NCBI RefSeq assembly: GCF_009914755.1
Contig: NC_060926.1
Reading direction: 5' to 3' (one strand)
From: the human T2T-CHM13v2.0 reference genome, Homo sapiens
Length of the DNA stretch: 64,000 nt
The position numbers and the translations under genes are program-made. Numbering within the stretch: the stretch's first letter is position 1; every line of letters starts with the position of its first letter. Below the pieces are notes generated by a model. That model was not told the origin of the DNA and ran no database searches. It was given only the letters and a program-made list of their open reading frames with translations. Below, in pieces: positions 61,251 through 64,000 of this stretch.

Positions 61251-62187
61251 ATCATCTAGGACTAACAGGGACTATAAACCAGGCTGTGCCTAATGTTACT
61301 ATGTTACAGTAATTTTAATTAACAAATGCAAACGAGATGCTCGTCTTCTAAAAGGCATGTTATAAAAACAACTTTAAAAATTGCTTGTTTTGGTTACTTC
61401 TTTCACACCATGCTGCCATGCTCCATGCAGAATGCAGTCACAGTTACATCCTGCATTAGGAGCAGTTCACGCCCAGAGTTGTGTGTAAGGTGGTACCATT
61501 CAAAGAAAGCCACGGCATATTCTGAAAATTTAGGTGGAGTAAGTAACACAGATCTTTCATTCTCACTTCTAATCTTGGGGAAGAAACAACAGGCTACTTT
61601 CTCAGAAACCCTCACATTGCAAGTTCCTCTCTGAAACTGACGCAGCCCCACGCTTAAGTTGAGAACTGGTGCAAAACAAATGTATAAAATCCTCCAATGT
61701 CTTGTGCAAATTCTATTTTAAACGAGTTTCAGCTGAGCCAGGGAGAGCCAGAAGGAGAGGGCTGTTTTAAGGATAAGTGAACATGTACGAGACAGCTGAA
61801 TGAGGAGAGAAGAGAAATGCCTGCATATCAACTGAGATGGCGGATTTCTTTCTGGCAGGCAAATGCCAAGCTGTGGGCATCAGACCTACAACAGGACACA
61901 AAGCAGAAGAGAGGTTATTCAGCTGGGCAGCCAGAGAGCTGCTAAATCAAGGACTATCAAGTTCTGCATTTGTTCTCTTCTTACTTTTTTCATGTCAAAC
62001 CCTTAATCTTCACATCAGTTATATGCACATAATTTTGTCGTTCCTTGCTACCACATGATTGTGACATCAAAACAGTCTAACAGTTAACGCTGGTAACAGG
62101 ATCGTTCCAAGAACCCAAGCTCTGGAGACGAGCATAAAGGCACAAAACAGTAAGGCCAGGCGTCCCTGGTCTACCGAAAAAAACTTA

Positions 62188-62273
62188 CAAACGAAGAATC
62201 GAAACCTTGAAGGAAAAGTTCAGATTGTGGCAAACGAAGAATCGAAACCTTGAAGGAAAAGTTCAGATTGTGG
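62188..62273. repeat. 43-bp perfect tandem duplication
   Basis: caaacgaagaatcgaaaccttgaaggaaaagttcagattgtgg x2. Confidence 0.97.
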
Positions 62274-63259
62274 GAAATAGGACAGCGGCTTAGGATTAAC
62301 ACCAACCTCCTCGGTTACTAGTGGTCAGAGGGATGGGGCCACTTGCAGTTAATTTTCTAGAAAACATAACATGATTGATGTTGTCTAAGTATCAGATGTC
62401 ACTTGGCTCCCCAAGAATGTATTTGTTGAATCAAGATTAAATTAAGGTTGCCCTATAAAGCAAGGGTTTTGGTCTTTGCTTCTTCTGATTCTCAACATTT
62501 TTACTCCTGGGGAGCCACAATAGTTCCTAAGTGGTTTTTCAGCCGCTTTTTAGGTTTCAGAAACAGCATCCGTGCCCTTTTGATGTAATCTATGTCCCAA
62601 TAATTAGTTCCTGCAGCAATGTAAATGATTAAAGTCAAGCCACGCTCATTTTTAAAGAAAAACCTCTAAACCCACAAATGTGTTCACCAATGTGTAAGTT
62701 TCAACACGCTTGGTTGGAGCAATGATTCATCTCACAATACTGATCTGGAAGAATAACAATATTTTGTCTATTTTCATTTAAATATTTAATAGGAGATAGT
62801 AATTTTATTTAATTCCTAAAGTTTATGACCAAAACTAATTGACAGGAATTAAGTCATTCAGCCAATATTTACTGAGCACCTGCTATATGCTCAGTACTAT
62901 GCTAGGCACCAGCAATTAAAGAAGATCTCCTCCCTGCTTTGAGGGGATCACAGCCTAGTGATATGGGATGTATGAAAAGTAATGGATTCAAGAGTCCGGC
63001 AACCTAAGTTTGACACCTAATTCAGCCTCTTACACCTTTGGAGGAGAAGACCACCTGGGTTGATCAGACGGTCTCCAGGTGCTTGTTTTCACTCCATTCT
63101 GGCCCAAGCCCAGAGTCAGCAGCCTAGGTTTTAGTGGGATGAGGATACCAAGAAGTGTGGCTAAAAGGGAGATTGCAAGGACCTGACTTAAAGACCTGCA
63201 GGCGGGTGAGGTTATCACACGTTCCACATGTTGGCAGCCAATAACAACAAATTGAAAGC

Positions 63260-63460
63260 GATTGAACACTTACTGTGTGCCAGGCATGGGGATAGGCGCT
63301 TCACCTGTATTATCCTGCTTCATCCTCCCAACAATTCTTTGAGGTACCATTATGATCCCATTTTACATATGAGAAACTGAGGCTTAGAGGGAAAGGACTT
63401 GAGCAAAATCACAGGGCCCTAGGCACTTGAGCCAGATTTTGGAACTGGCTCTTTTGGGCT
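63260..63460 (-). mobile_element. MIR
   Basis: cccattttacatatgagaaactgaggcttagag. Confidence 0.85.
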
Positions 63461-64000
63461 CCATGCTTAAGAGACCCCATACCCCACTAGGGTCTTAACC
63501 ATCACTTAGTAGCAATTAAGCCTGTCGCTTAACAGCTGCCACGTGCCTCCATATGCTACCCATTGCACCCATTCAAGGTTCTATTGGTTCTGGCCCAATC
63601 GCATTTTTCTCTAGAAAGTGGACCTTTTCTCTGCAGAGTCTACAGAGTGTGAGGGTCTAACTACACCTGCTATTTAAGAGAGCTCAAGCCTTGGACTCAA
63701 AAAGCATGGACTCAGCCCAGGTACTGAGCAGAGAGACAAAGCCAAGATACTGAGTAGCTTTGTAACTTCCAGCGTTCTTATATTAGTACAAAGCTATTTC
63801 CAATTTTATATAATTACCTTTTTGAGGTAATTATCAATTCATGACCTTTTTAGTAAATGAGAGTGCTGAGGAAGGGCTAGACATTGAGGCCATTTTCCTA
63901 AAGGATTTGAAATGACGCAGTGGAAGGCACCCAGATGAAGGACAGGCGCAAGTGAACGAGCCTCAAATGCATACAGACTCCTGCATTTTAGCATCCGGAT

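Noticed and set aside
62188-62273. Direct repeats as a possible CRISPR-like array
   Set aside because: Two adjacent copies with no spacer, in a eukaryotic context

Overview
This is primate genomic DNA, almost certainly human (AluY/S/J, L1PA, MER41). It is repeat-rich and appears intergenic or lncRNA territory. I found no convincing protein-coding exon; nearly all ORF-track entries are chance ORFs or Alu/L1/L2/LTR-derived. The one recognisable gene-derived sequence is a minus-strand processed pseudogene of HSPE1 (HSP10/Cpn10) at ~26193-27000. Its first 97 codons are still open, and an Alu inserted 5 codons before the stop gives an uninterrupted 123-aa HSP10-Alu chimeric ORF. The remainder holds about 28 Alus, about 19 MaLR LTRs, 4 ERV1 solo LTRs with 4-bp target-site duplications (TSDs), L1/L2/MIR relics and DNA transposons, often nested. 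Notable oddities are an Alu carrying a locally templated ~83-bp repair patch copied from 1.9 kb away, a perfect 43-bp tandem duplication, a (GGAA)13 microsatellite, an MLT1 LTR with an intact DUX4 motif, an Alu with a G-rich tail, and small CpG-retaining unique segments. Repeat subfamily names come from recalled consensus sequences and need RepeatMasker/Dfam confirmation. I found no evidence for a wholly new multi-gene system.
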